Shown here piece by piece: positions 26,338 to 37,287 of a stretch of DNA of 64,000 bases. The stretch is from Balanoglossus misakiensis (taxonomy: Eukaryota > Animalia > Hemichordata), in contig CM082591.2 of NCBI GenBank assembly GCA_040954595.2, positions 5,549,009 to 5,613,008 on the forward strand. The letters are read 5' to 3'. Numbering within the stretch: the stretch's first letter is position 1; each line of letters begins with the position of its first letter. The notes under the pieces are model-generated. The model did not search any database. It saw nothing but the letters and a program-made list of their open reading frames with translations, and was not told the origin of the DNA. The position numbers and the translations under genes were made by a program.

Positions 26338-29084
26338 TCACTGTGCAAACACCTGTACAACTCCTGAGCAAAAATTAACCACGATGACGTTGCCAAATGG
26401 CTTGTCATCGGTCACACAGATACCAGTTGGACCGTTTGCCCTGTTATCATCACTGTCAATGCGACCAATGAATTGACCGTCAGACTCATACTTCACCACT
26501 CTGTTATTACTGTGATCACACACATACACATTGCCTTCGCTGTCAAGGGTTGTACCTTGGGGGTTACACATCTGATTATCACCTGACCCTTGACTTCCAA
26601 AGCTGTACAAATATTCCCCCTCGGCATCAAACACTGGAATACGGTGATTGCCCCCATCTGCAACAAAGACTTTGCCTGTAGAATCAATGTTAAGACCTAC
26701 AGGACTGTCTAGCTGACCTTCACGGGTTCCTTTAGAGCCAAAGGACTTGTAAAGTTGCCCATCTTTGTTGTAAATGTGTATGCAATGACCGCCGTTATCA
26801 ACAACATAAACCCTCCCATTGACAGGATGTATCGCAATGCCGAGTGGGCTATCAATCACACCTTTGCCAAAACATCTGATCACTCTACCATTCTCATCAT
26901 GCACAATGACTTGACAATCACTGCTATCAGTAGTATAGATACTTCCATCCTCTGATACGGCTGAAAACTGCGGACAAACTATGGTTGAAATATTACTGAA
27001 CGTGGTTGTACATCTATGTTGGCCATGTTGTGTGTATGTCTGTAATCTACTATTACCAGTATCACACACTCCAACATTGCCATTCCTGGTTACCATGACT
27101 CCCCATGGATAACGCAACTGCCCTACTCCTGACCCTGACTGACCAAATTGACATATTAAACCTTTCTGTTGGATAACATTGATTGTAACTGGTGACCCTT
27201 TGACCGGTTTCTTAGATACCATCACCGAGACTTCATGATTTCCTGTCATCTTGGCACAAGTTTTCAAACTCCAAATTCCATCACCATTATTTGTTGTTTC
27301 CATGCCTTCTTGGCTACCATCAGGTTTCTTCAAGACCGCTTCTACTTCTTCCTGCCCTTCTTTTCTCTGTTTCAACTCTGTTGCTAGGGTGATGGTAATA
27401 TCTTCATCAACTCTTACAAATTCAGGAACATCAACTAGATTGGAGGCATTACGTATGGGAGATATGCATAATATCACACCCATAGTTTTTGTTGTATAGA
27501 AATCATCACATGGTTTGAACTCCATGTAGTCTGTCTCAGTCGGGTCAATTTTCGTCTCCATACTCAGCAATGAGTGTCAATCCCTTTCTTGGCTGACATC
27601 ATCTGCGTGGCATTTCCATAATGCATAAGTTTCTCAACATACTCTCTCGCATTTGACATGTCACTCTCTGCAAACTCCAGTTCTTTCAGTTGTGCATTTA
27701 AGTTTACTTTCCTTCTGTTGTATTCATCTTTCAGCTCTCCAAGAAGTTTGTCACCATTTTCTCGTATCAAACGAGTGACGTCATCGACTGTTTTCTGGAT
27801 GTGTTCTTTCATTTTCTTGTCCTCTGTCTGATAACAGCTGTCGAGAGATTCGGCCGTCTCCATGACTACGGCTTTGCTGTGGCTGGCTTCATCTTCTTTC
27901 GTTTTCACTTTGTCAATTGCTTCTGTCAGATCTTTGCAGTATTCGGTGGCTGCGTCTTTCAAGTATCTGTACTTGTGCTCGGGTCTCGGATGATCTACAG
28001 CCGTGCATTCGAGACATATTGCTACGTCACACGTGTCACAGTAGAATTTGACTTCGTTGTTCGGATAGCAGTGCAGAAGACTGAAGCCAGGTCATCGGAC
28101 TTTGCAGACTCGTACTCTTCTAAGGTCATCAACCTGTGCGATTTTGAGCTCCGAAATTTAGCGTGTGAACGGGCACAGATACCACACATGTCAACATCAC
28201 ACTCCACACAGTGGTTAACGCACTCCCCTTCACCACAGCCTTCGCACTTTCTAGATTTTGACAAACCCTCCTCTCGTTTTCTGAACTGTTGAACCAATTC
28301 ATTGATGAACTGATTACCGCCAATACCTGCCACGCCACTATCAGGAAGTTGGTGCGATCGCCGACATATTGGGCAGGTAATAACGCCACTTTTCTCGGCC
28401 AGCCTCCCCAGGCACGGCTCACAGTAGCTGCAATGATTGTAGCGGGTGCTGCTAGGTGCATAACCGCTACAAGGCCTTGTGTGTAATTTTCCAATCAACT
28501 TTCGGTCGTCAGCTCAGTTACGGGGTTTAACTCTTACCTCCGATAACATTTGAAAACCGAACGGGTGCATCCCCCCAAAAAAACACCTCCGACGCCCAAA
28601 TTTCCCCCAAAATTGTCCTGCTTCCATTAAAAAAACGATAAATCCACTGAAGTTTCGCCGATGTTTACAAACTTTGTCCGCCATGTTTGCTCAAACATGG
28701 CGGAATACATCAGCAGAATTTCAGCGGATTTATCGTTTTTTTAATGGAAGCAGGACAATTTTGGGGGAAATTTGGGCGTCGGAGGTGTTTTTTTTGGGGG
28801 ATGCACCCGTTCGGTTTTCAAATGTTATCGGAGGTAAGAGTTAAACCCCGTAACTGAGCTGACGACCGAAAGTTGATTGGAAAATTACACACAAGGCCTT
28901 GTAGCGGTTATGCTGCACACCAGTCAACCAAGCAGCACCGGCCGCTACAATCATTGCAGCTAGGCTCACAGAAGCTGTGTAGACACGAGAGGAGTTTAGG
29001 GTTCTTGTATCGCTCCGAGCAAACGGTGCAGGAGAGAAAGTTGGCGTCGATTTCCTCCACAAACCTGGACTCTTTGGCCGCCAT
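26338..29084 (-). pseudogene. Full-length intronless TRIM-NHL pseudogene B (RING-BB-BB-CC-filamin-NHL)
   Basis: ATG at 29084 (MAAKESRFVEEIDANFLSCTVCSERYKNPKLLSCLHSFCEPC once the MITE and one TSD are removed). Frameshifts at ~28068 and ~27570. The NHL part is open to the stop at 26338. Confidence 0.9.
28425..28962. mobile_element. 538-bp foldback MITE with 9-bp TSD (Mutator/MULE-like), inserted in the RING-coding sequence
   Basis: TSD ggctcacag at 28416-28424 and 28963-28971. Termini tagctgcaatgattgtagcgg / ccgctacaatcattgcagcta. Arms pair over ~200 bp around a central tccgccatgtttg-ct-caaacatggcgga. Confidence 0.93.
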
Positions 29085-29145
29085 TCTGTTTTAACGATTT
29101 CTCTGTCTGGTATACAGCTGTGTAGTGTATGATGACCTTATCGTC

Positions 29146-29155
29146 GTCACGTGAC
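29146..29155. promoter_or_regulatory. Perfect CLEAR/E-box palindrome GTCACGTGAC ~62 bp upstream of the TRIM-B ATG
   Basis: Read directly; variant GTCGCGTGAC at 29216. Confidence 0.4.
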
Positions 29156-30510
29156 CTGTTCCGCGATGGTGAACGCGTTCTACTACGTACAAACAAAGGG
29201 GCGTATTTCAGGCAGGTCGCGTGACATCATGGGCTGTGTGGTAAAATGTAAACTGAAATGAAAATGAATGACCCCGTTTGAACTAATCGACCACTCAACT
29301 GCGCTCATAGTACAAACCCACGAATTGTTTTCGTTGCGGGGAAGGGTATTCTTCTGAAATGACTTCATTTCATCATATATATATAGTTAAAGAGTGATTT
29401 GAATTTAAATTTCTGAAAACAAGTTTTTCATATTTTCAGTATATGACATGTATGGTGTTCTTTACACTGGCAAAAAGTTGTGTTTTCCCCCGCCAAACAC
29501 ATAAATCTTACTTGCATGCATTTACAAATAGAAGAATTGTTGAGTTTCACTTCTATTTCATTTTTTTAAATTGGAGTGAATGTTAATGGTTTAAAGTTGC
29601 CCACAATGTTCAGCTTTGGAAGTTTGTTGACGTTCGTTTATCAAATAATTTGTAAACGATAGACGGAAAACAAATATGCACATTCAAATTGAATTTAAAT
29701 TTTATTTATTAGTACCAACAGAATGTATACCGCAAAAACTACATCTATCTGACACACACATATCAATGTGATTGAAATTAGGTTTTGATTAACTTTCTAA
29801 ACTTTACAATGAATAAAGAGTATATCTCTACAATCAAAATACTGATTAAAGATCAACAAAACATTAGTATGAAACACAAAAAATATAACCACACCAGAAT
29901 TAAACAAATGTTTCTCAAAAGTTTATGTTGTTACTTTCAATTTATCTTGAAGATAATTTTATAGTTGAATAGAAAACAAACAATATGGTGCTAGATGATC
30001 AATCATGTTTTCTGATCAGAAACACTAACTTTCAAAACTATTTGTTATGATTTCTTTAATTTCTTTTTTAAATTTTGAAATAAACACCAATGAAAATACA
30101 GGTATACATATGTGATGTATGTTCATGAGATAAATTCATGAACTTTGAAACTGCTGATAAAGTTTGTTTGACTAGTTTGAAAAAAAAAATCTTCATCATT
30201 TTCTCTGTTAAATTCGACTCTGGCATAACTATAAGTAAAGGTCACAAACTTCAGTCATTTGACATCATGGAGGAAATATTCGTAATGCAACATTTCATAA
30301 TACATTAAAACAGTTATGCTTTCTGTGACAAATTATTAATGACAGATAAATTCAATTAAAGTTATTTTTTGCTCTCTCCAAAATGCCATCACATCCTGAC
30401 ATCGCACTCCCCAAGCACAAATTAAAATAAACTTCACTTCATACACCATAAATTGTTTTATATGAAGTATACATCAACATTTTAAGAATCTCATGAAAAG
30501 GAATTCTTAC

Positions 30511-30835
30511 AGGGACAAAGTCTCTCTCTTCTTCTCCATTTCCCATTAATTATGTTTGATACAAGACTCCGCTTAGGTTATTCTACATGTGGATAAACAG
30601 TGAATCAACATTCGACCACTTAAAACTTCCATCCCGCTTGTAGACCATGAGTGAAAAACTCACCAAAATGAATAATCGGTCTCTACCATTTATTCATTTT
30701 GGGCGAGATTTTACACTCATATCATACAAGCGGGTGGAAGTTGTGTGTGGTCGAACGTTGATTCACTATATATCCACATGTAGAATAACATAAACGGTGT
30801 CTTGTATCAAACATAATTAATGGGAAAAGGACAGC
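30511..30835. mobile_element. MITE M1 copy, right end truncated, next to the TRIM-C stop codon
   Basis: Starts agggacaaagtctctctc, has the M1 internal sequence, and ends ~14 bp from the TGA at 30849. Confidence 0.85.
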
Positions 30836-30848
30836 TTTGTTTTCAGTG

Positions 30849-33077
30849 TCACTGTACAAACACTTTGATGCAGTAGTTGTAAGTATCAGCTACAACGACC
30901 CTGCAAGGTGCATCATCTGTCAGTGCCAGACCAGTGGGGAAGTTCAGCTTATCCCCATCACTGTCGACACGACAAACAAACTTACCACCAATCTCAAACT
31001 TCAGTATGCTGTGACCCCCAAAAATGGTACCAGTACTAACATACACATATTTATCATTCTCAATGATTATTCCCCTGGGGCGTCTCAGCTGACCATCCCC
31101 ACTCCGACAATCAAAGGAACGCAAATACTGGTCATCTGAACTGAACACCTGGATGTGCTTGTTACCACAGTCGGCAACAAATACCATCCCATTACTTCCC
31201 ACTGTTATCCCCCAGAGATCATTGAATTTCCCCTGGCCTTTACCCTTTGACCCAAATGACCTAATATACTTGCCATCATGTGTATAAATCCTGACACATT
31301 GCCCACCCAAATCTGTCACATAGACATTACCATTGACAGGGCTGATAGATATCCCCCATGGATCCTTCAGCTCATTCTGTCCAAAGCATCTGATGACGTG
31401 TCCATTCTCACCACTCACAACTACTTGCTTATTGTTACCATCTAAACTATAGTGTGTATTATCACTTGATATAGTTATGTCACATGGCTTGAAAGATTTG
31501 TGAAATTGTGTAAATTTCAAGATTTTCTTCACTCTGCCCTCTCTGTTAGTTATTTGTAATCTGTTATTTACTGTATCAGCAGTGACAATGTCTTTGTCTT
31601 TGTTTATGACCACACTGTAGGGATAGTTGAACTGTCCCTCAGCACTTCCTTCACTGCCAATGGTTTGAACCAATCCTTTGATGACAGGTATGATGACAGG
31701 AGAGCCTGTTATTTGTTTATCCCCTATTGTCAAGGCAACTTCATAATTACCATCCATTTGTCCGGTAACAGTCATTCTGTGTGTACCATCTCTGTTATCT
31801 GATACTTTGATGTCTTCCCATGATGCATAAGGTTTGCTTACCTTGGCTTTCACTGGTTGTTTTGGGATGACTTGTTTTCCTGTGGAATCCCTGGTTGTGA
31901 TCAGCAGGTGTGCAGAGTCACCTTTCAGAAGTTGTTCTGGAATGTTTTCAACTGTACACTTTGAGATACAGACATCAGATACATGTATCAGCAATCCCAG
32001 AATTCCTTGCTCATTGAACTCTTCGCTGGGGTTGAATACATATTCCTCATCAATTGTCAGTGGTTTGGTTTCCATGGCGATAAGTTGAATGATGCGATGT
32101 TCTGCATCAGCTTTGGTAGACAGAAGTTGACTAGCATTCCCATGATGCATCAGCGTTTCAAGATAACTGCATGCACTCTTAATGTTACCATGTTTTAATT
32201 CAAACTCATCAATGTCCACAGCTGCTGTTTTTATTTTCAGTTTGTAATTTTCATTCAGTTCATCTACCAGTCTCTGCTCTTCTCTCTTTACTTTGTTGAT
32301 GATTTCTTCTGCTGTCATTCTCACCTTCCTTTCTTCTTTCTTATGCTGCTCTGTGAGATCACTGTGTACCTGCTTGGCTAGGCTTTTGTTCTTTTCAGTT
32401 TCCTGTTCTTTCACTTTCAGTTTGTCCAACTTGACTTTCATGTCTCTCAGATACTCATCTGCTGCATCTTTCAAGTCTCTGTGTACATGTTCTGGTATGC
32501 GGTGTTTGACAATTGTACAGTCTGTACAGACAGGTACCTGACAGGTTTCACAGTAGAATTCAATTTTGTTGTCTGTGTGGACATTGCAATATTCTACTGC
32601 TTGCAATTTTATAGGACTAGTTGACTTTGCTGTTGAATATTCTTCTATGGTCAGAACACTGTGTGTCTTTGTGAGTGGTAGATTTCTGTGGGCCTTAACA
32701 CAGCTTTGACAGAGATAATGTTGACACTCTACACACCTGTGAGTGGCTGTATTCTCTTGGCAACCTTCACACTTGATTTTAGCAGCTGCATGGACGGACT
32801 CCAGTCGTTGTTTGAAAATGTCCACAAGATTGGCCATGAAGAAATTTCCCTTTAAACTTGCCACTTGCCCATCAGCAGGAAGTTGATATTGCTGTCGACA
32901 TTCTGGACAGGTGAGAGATCCTGTCTTTTCAACCAGGGTGACTAAACATTGCTGACAGAATGTGTGCAGACATGGTAGAACTTTAGGAGTTTTAAACAAC
33001 TCCAGACAGATGGTACAACACAGGAAATCTTCACTGATTTCTTTCACAAAGCTGCCTTCCGTGCTAGCTGCCGCCAT
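30849..33077 (-). CDS. Intact intronless TRIM-NHL E3 ligase C (TRIM2/3-like architecture), 742 aa
   Basis: ATG at 33077 (MAAASTEG). RING CTIC..PCLHTFCQQC..CPEC, two B-boxes, coiled coil, filamin repeat (DNRDGTH..GSP), NHL repeats (GQFNYP, GKFNDLWGI, GQLRRPRGI), ending IKVFVQ*. Confidence 0.95.
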   Translation of the reverse strand: MAAASTEGSFVKEISEDFLCCTICLELFKTPKVLPCLHTFCQQCLVTLVEKTGSLTCPECRQQYQLPADGQVASLKGNFFMANLVDIFKQRLESVHAAAKIKCEGCQENTATHRCVECQHYLCQSCVKAHRNLPLTKTHSVLTIEEYSTAKSTSPIKLQAVEYCNVHTDNKIEFYCETCQVPVCTDCTIVKHRIPEHVHRDLKDAADEYLRDMKVKLDKLKVKEQETEKNKSLAKQVHSDLTEQHKKEERKVRMTAEEIINKVKREEQRLVDELNENYKLKIKTAAVDIDEFELKHGNIKSACSYLETLMHHGNASQLLSTKADAEHRIIQLIAMETKPLTIDEEYVFNPSEEFNEQGILGLLIHVSDVCISKCTVENIPEQLLKGDSAHLLITTRDSTGKQVIPKQPVKAKVSKPYASWEDIKVSDNRDGTHRMTVTGQMDGNYEVALTIGDKQITGSPVIIPVIKGLVQTIGSEGSAEGQFNYPYSVVINKDKDIVTADTVNNRLQITNREGRVKKILKFTQFHKSFKPCDITISSDNTHYSLDGNNKQVVVSGENGHVIRCFGQNELKDPWGISISPVNGNVYVTDLGGQCVRIYTHDGKYIRSFGSKGKGQGKFNDLWGITVGSNGMVFVADCGNKHIQVFSSDDQYLRSFDCRSGDGQLRRPRGIIIENDKYVYVSTGTIFGGHSILKFEIGGKFVCRVDSDGDKLNFPTGLALTDDAPCRVVVADTYNYCIKVFVQ

Positions 33078-33934
33078 TCTGTACGTGGGGTGTATCAGAA
33101 CTAACAGTTGCCGCAGGAACAACTGATAGAAGGGCTCTTTGTCTTGGTGTTATTTAAACACTTCCCAGCGGCTAGCTGGTCCGTGATTGGTGAATCGCAA
33201 TATATGGTGTTTACAACATGACTAAATAAGGGAGTGCATGTACAATCACACCAGTGAGTGCCTGGTGCGAGAATAGATTGTGGGCATTGACGATCATTCA
33301 GTGACGCGATTTGGGGTCAGGCAAGGTTATTATCTTCACAACGATGCCACGAATACCTGTGTGTATCAGACAACTGAGGTATGGCATTGTTAAAAGATTC
33401 TGAAGTCTTCAAAGCGAAAATAAATATTTCGTTTGCGTAATTTAAACTTGCTGGTGTGGTTGCGTAGAATGAACAAACGATATCACAAGTATAGCAGACA
33501 TGGAAAGAGGTATCGCAATTTTAGTCGATAATGGATGAAAACTGCTGACTCAGCATTTTTCACCAATGGTTTGTCTATGGGCAAAATATTTAACGAAATT
33601 TATCTCAAAATAGAGCGCGGTGACCATACGATTTTATTTGACCAATGAATTTATTTATACTTGACTGAGCTATGCTAACATTTTTCTTGTACATTGAAGC
33701 GACAATAGGCAGTACAGAGAAATTGTGTGGCAAATTCAGTTAATGCTGCTAGTACATGTACATGTATGTGTGGTACGCGTACTTTTTTTGGGGGGGGGGG
33801 GCAGAGTCATATCAAGCGAGCATAAATGTTGTTTCACAGTTAATTGGAACACGTGACGTCATACCACCGAATTCACCTATAAATACAGACATGTAAATAA
33901 TAGGTTATCTATGGTATCATCTTCGGGAGATTAA

Positions 33935-34110
33935 AGGTATATAGTCACCTCCAATTTACATACGCCCATATATGGCTGAAATGGCGTATTTGAGCGTTCT
34001 AAAGAACATATGGTGGCGCTCTTTTATTGCGTGAGCCACCGACTGAAAACCTGTGATTGGCTAGATCTCAAGTTACCATGGTAACTTTATCTAAATGTGT
34101 ATAGGTGACC
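33935..34110. mobile_element. Kolobok-like element left end (family shared with 43649-43812)
   Basis: ttaa|aggtatatagtcacctccaatttacatacgcccatatatggctgaaatggcgtatttgagc matches the element starting at 43649. Confidence 0.65.
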
Positions 34111-34392
34111 GAATATTTAATATTTATATGACAGAGCCCACTATGGGAGCCAATTCATGTGAAAAAAACATCCAAGATAATGTAAGCTAACCGCATCCCC
34201 ACGCTTGTTACAAGCAATATTTTACCACAATGTCTATTTCGAGAATTTGACAAATTTTTCTTGTAATTTTAATTATATCAGTCAAGAAAAACGGTGAGGG
34301 TATCGCCATGTTTATATATGAACACGGCTTATTCTGCTCAAGAACGTACTCTAAACTACATATAATGTAAATGACAATCTAGCTACAATTGC

Positions 34393-34497
34393 TGTAATGT
34401 AATGTAATGTAATGTAATGTAATGTAATGTAATGTAATGTAATGTAATGTAATGTAATTTAATGTAATGTAATGTAATGTAATGTAATGTAATGTAA
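34393..34497 (+). repeat. (TAATG)n pentanucleotide microsatellite
   Basis: Read directly. Confidence 0.97.
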
Positions 34498-35489
34498 GAG
34501 CAGACAACACTGAACAAACAGTGACAGTAGAAATGCACATCTCCAACTGATGACGAGATCGTGCTGAAGTTTGAAACATATGTAGTGGCAAAGGCTCAAT
34601 TCTGTCTAGACGACTGAGGTGTGGTTACATGTGTCTTCATCACTGAGGGGTCACTGCTGGAAATTTAGTGAACCCCAAATCCCCCCCCCCTTTTGCCGTG
34701 TGAAAAAGCAAGACCATCTCTACTGCAGTTTAATAATTGATGATAACCCCTGCACATACCTCAACCCCATCCCCACGCCCAGGCCGTAAAAAAACTAATA
34801 GTTCTCAACACAGCTGCCGAAAATACTTTCAAACAAAGGCTGTTTTCACCAATTGCCAAATTAGAGCTTTCAGACAGTAAATCTTCAACTATAGTCTGGA
34901 TACCAGCATAGGCAATTGGTACCCTAAATATTCTACTTACAAATGAAATAACAAAAGAGACCCGCTTAAACTGACAATTACATGTAGGTGTAGATGTCAT
35001 AAATTTACTCTGTTGGAAACTAAAAACAATCTATTCTGAAAGAACGCATGCGCACACATGTATCTGGCTAATGTATCATACAAGATGAGCATATTCAACA
35101 GTTCTCATTTCATTTCATTTCATTTCTTCTCATTTCACGACAAGTTAAAGAGACACAGTAACTAAAATTGTGTAGCCTTTAGAACTTCCTCCCGGATGTG
35201 AGGAAAATATCTTATGGCGGTATGTTGGCAAAAACTGCAAATTGCGACAGACCGTTTAACGTATAAATTCTTCGATACCGCAATTTGTATGACGACGTTT
35301 GGAATAAAAACCCGCATCATGTTTATTACTTCTTGAAACATTATTGGGAGTTAGACAGACTATTTCTCCATAGAGTTAACACACCATATCTTACTCAAAT
35401 GCAATAGTGTGAGTCATGTGGTGCAAATGTTTGCGCTGTGAGCATCGCTGGGCCTCCATTTTATTTGGAGGGCAGAAGGTCATTCCTGA

Positions 35490-36170
35490 GTACTCCCCTA
35501 CAGTGGAGAACTATATGGGTTAACGAAACGACTGCATTGTGTTGTGATAGAAAACTTGCTGAATTTAACTTCAAGATTATGCATGACATTTTGCCATGTG
35601 GCATCACTCTTTCAAGATGGAATATTAGTAAAAACGATCAATGCTGTCTTTGCAACGTAACAGATTTTTATGAGCATCTATTTTTAAAATGTCAACGTTT
35701 GGGGGATTTTTGGCATCGTTTTTCTGCTTGGCTCAGTAAACTTGGCATATTTCATGAGGTCAATTTAGAAACTCATATTCTTGGTTACAAAACTATGTAC
35801 AGTCATCCCCTTTATAGATTTGTATTCTAAACATTGTCATTACTATTGCAAAGTATTGTGTATTCGCTTCATGGGTCCATTTATAACATGATATTAACAG
35901 CATTAGAGCAAAAACGAGTTTCGATATATTCTACAGATATCTACAATTTATGCACCAACTAGTCAAAAAGAACAATAATTCATATTTCAGCCATTATTGG
36001 ACAAACGTTTTTGCTTCCGTCTGAGATGTTATTACTTTTGTCAATCAACTGTCCTTGGTGAATGTTATTTTATATATTACTTTTTTTATCAAAACATGAT
36101 ATATCTATATGATACATTTTAGATTAACTAATATTAAATGAATGGAAATAAAATACGTTTATAAAAAATA
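35490..36170 (+). mobile_element. 3' fragment of a non-LTR retrotransposon (L1/Tx1-type ORF2 C-terminal zinc-binding region)
   Basis: KLAEFNFKIMHDILPCGITLSRW..CCLC....YEHLFLKC...FW is typical of zf-RVT. It is frameshifted downstream and followed by AATAAA and an A-rich tail (~36147-36170). Confidence 0.8.
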
Positions 36171-37287
36171 GAAGCTCATTCCTCTTAGTGGCGTTGAAAA
36201 TGAAATGAACGAAGTAGTTTACAGTTTACTCGACAAATGAGGAATGGTTATCTGTCCCAGTGTTTAAACTACATGGAAACTGAGCTACCAATAACGCCTT
36301 TTGTAACTAAGCCGTTTGCATGTTTGGGCTTTGGCAACCTGCACATAAACATTTTTTCCATATTTTTGGCGCCAGAATGAGCCACCTACACCTACGCAGC
36401 AATAAATTATAGTTTATGTCTAAAGCACACAAATCATCGACTAGCTATACCAGACATTGCTTTAAATAGGCGATATGTAATTTATATAAAGCTGAATAAT
36501 GTTGTCTAGTTCCAGTACCAGTTGTAGGTTTTGAAGATTGGTGGAATTGTGCGACTGGGCTAACACTCTCGAACACCAGTAAGTTTACCTGAGTCTTTCT
36601 TACTCTTTCACACTTCATGCACTTACTGTCAGACTAAGCAACCTTGAGAATACACATTATATCTTATAATTACTTTTCAAGCCGTCGCCACTGCGTCCTG
36701 ACACTGAACTTATATCAATCAGCCAAGCGCAGGCATTCAGTATATTCGGAGATTGGGGACAAAATCGCTACCATCCAAACCGGTAGAATTGAATATCGTG
36801 AGAAAGTTATGCTTAGCGTGACATAGGTCTACCACAGAAAAAAACGTTTCAAGATATCATGCTGGATTTTAAAAAAATATGTTATTCGGTTTTTAAGTTA
36901 ACATATGTATTAATAAATATTTACTTTACAAACCGAATGACACACGGTGAAATTGATTGGACACTTTCATCCCCTACGTTGAAGGCCGAGATTATTTTAA
37001 CTTCAGACGCTAGGCTGACAATCTACCGCTCGAACGGGTGGTTAGCGGGGGAATGGCTAAGCACAACAAACAGGCACGTGAAGCAAGCGTGCTGTTGCGT
37101 AGTGACATTTTGCCGACTCATTTTTGAACGAATGAATGAATGAATGGAAGGATGGATGGAAGGCATATTTATCTCCTGATAGTTAGGAATAGTTAGAAAT
37201 TACGTTGTTAGCAGAATATTTACGTTGGCTTTGAACTTGGGTGTTTGTTTATCGTCAAGATTAACTTCTTATAATGTTCAACAGGCT

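Larger units (their letters stand above)
16112..28459 (+). repeat. Tandem segmental duplication, copy 2 (full inferred unit 12380-28459, ~16.08 kb)
   Basis: Near-identical to 1-12379. Confidence 0.95.

Noticed and set aside
28022-29094. ORFs starting MIGKLHTRPCSGYA on both strands
   Set aside because: Mirror-image readings of the palindromic MITE arms.
33078-33122. 15-aa N-terminal extension of TRIM-C in the ORF track
   Set aside because: Starts at a non-ATG codon. The ATG at 33077 aligns with the MAA starts of TRIM-A and TRIM-B.
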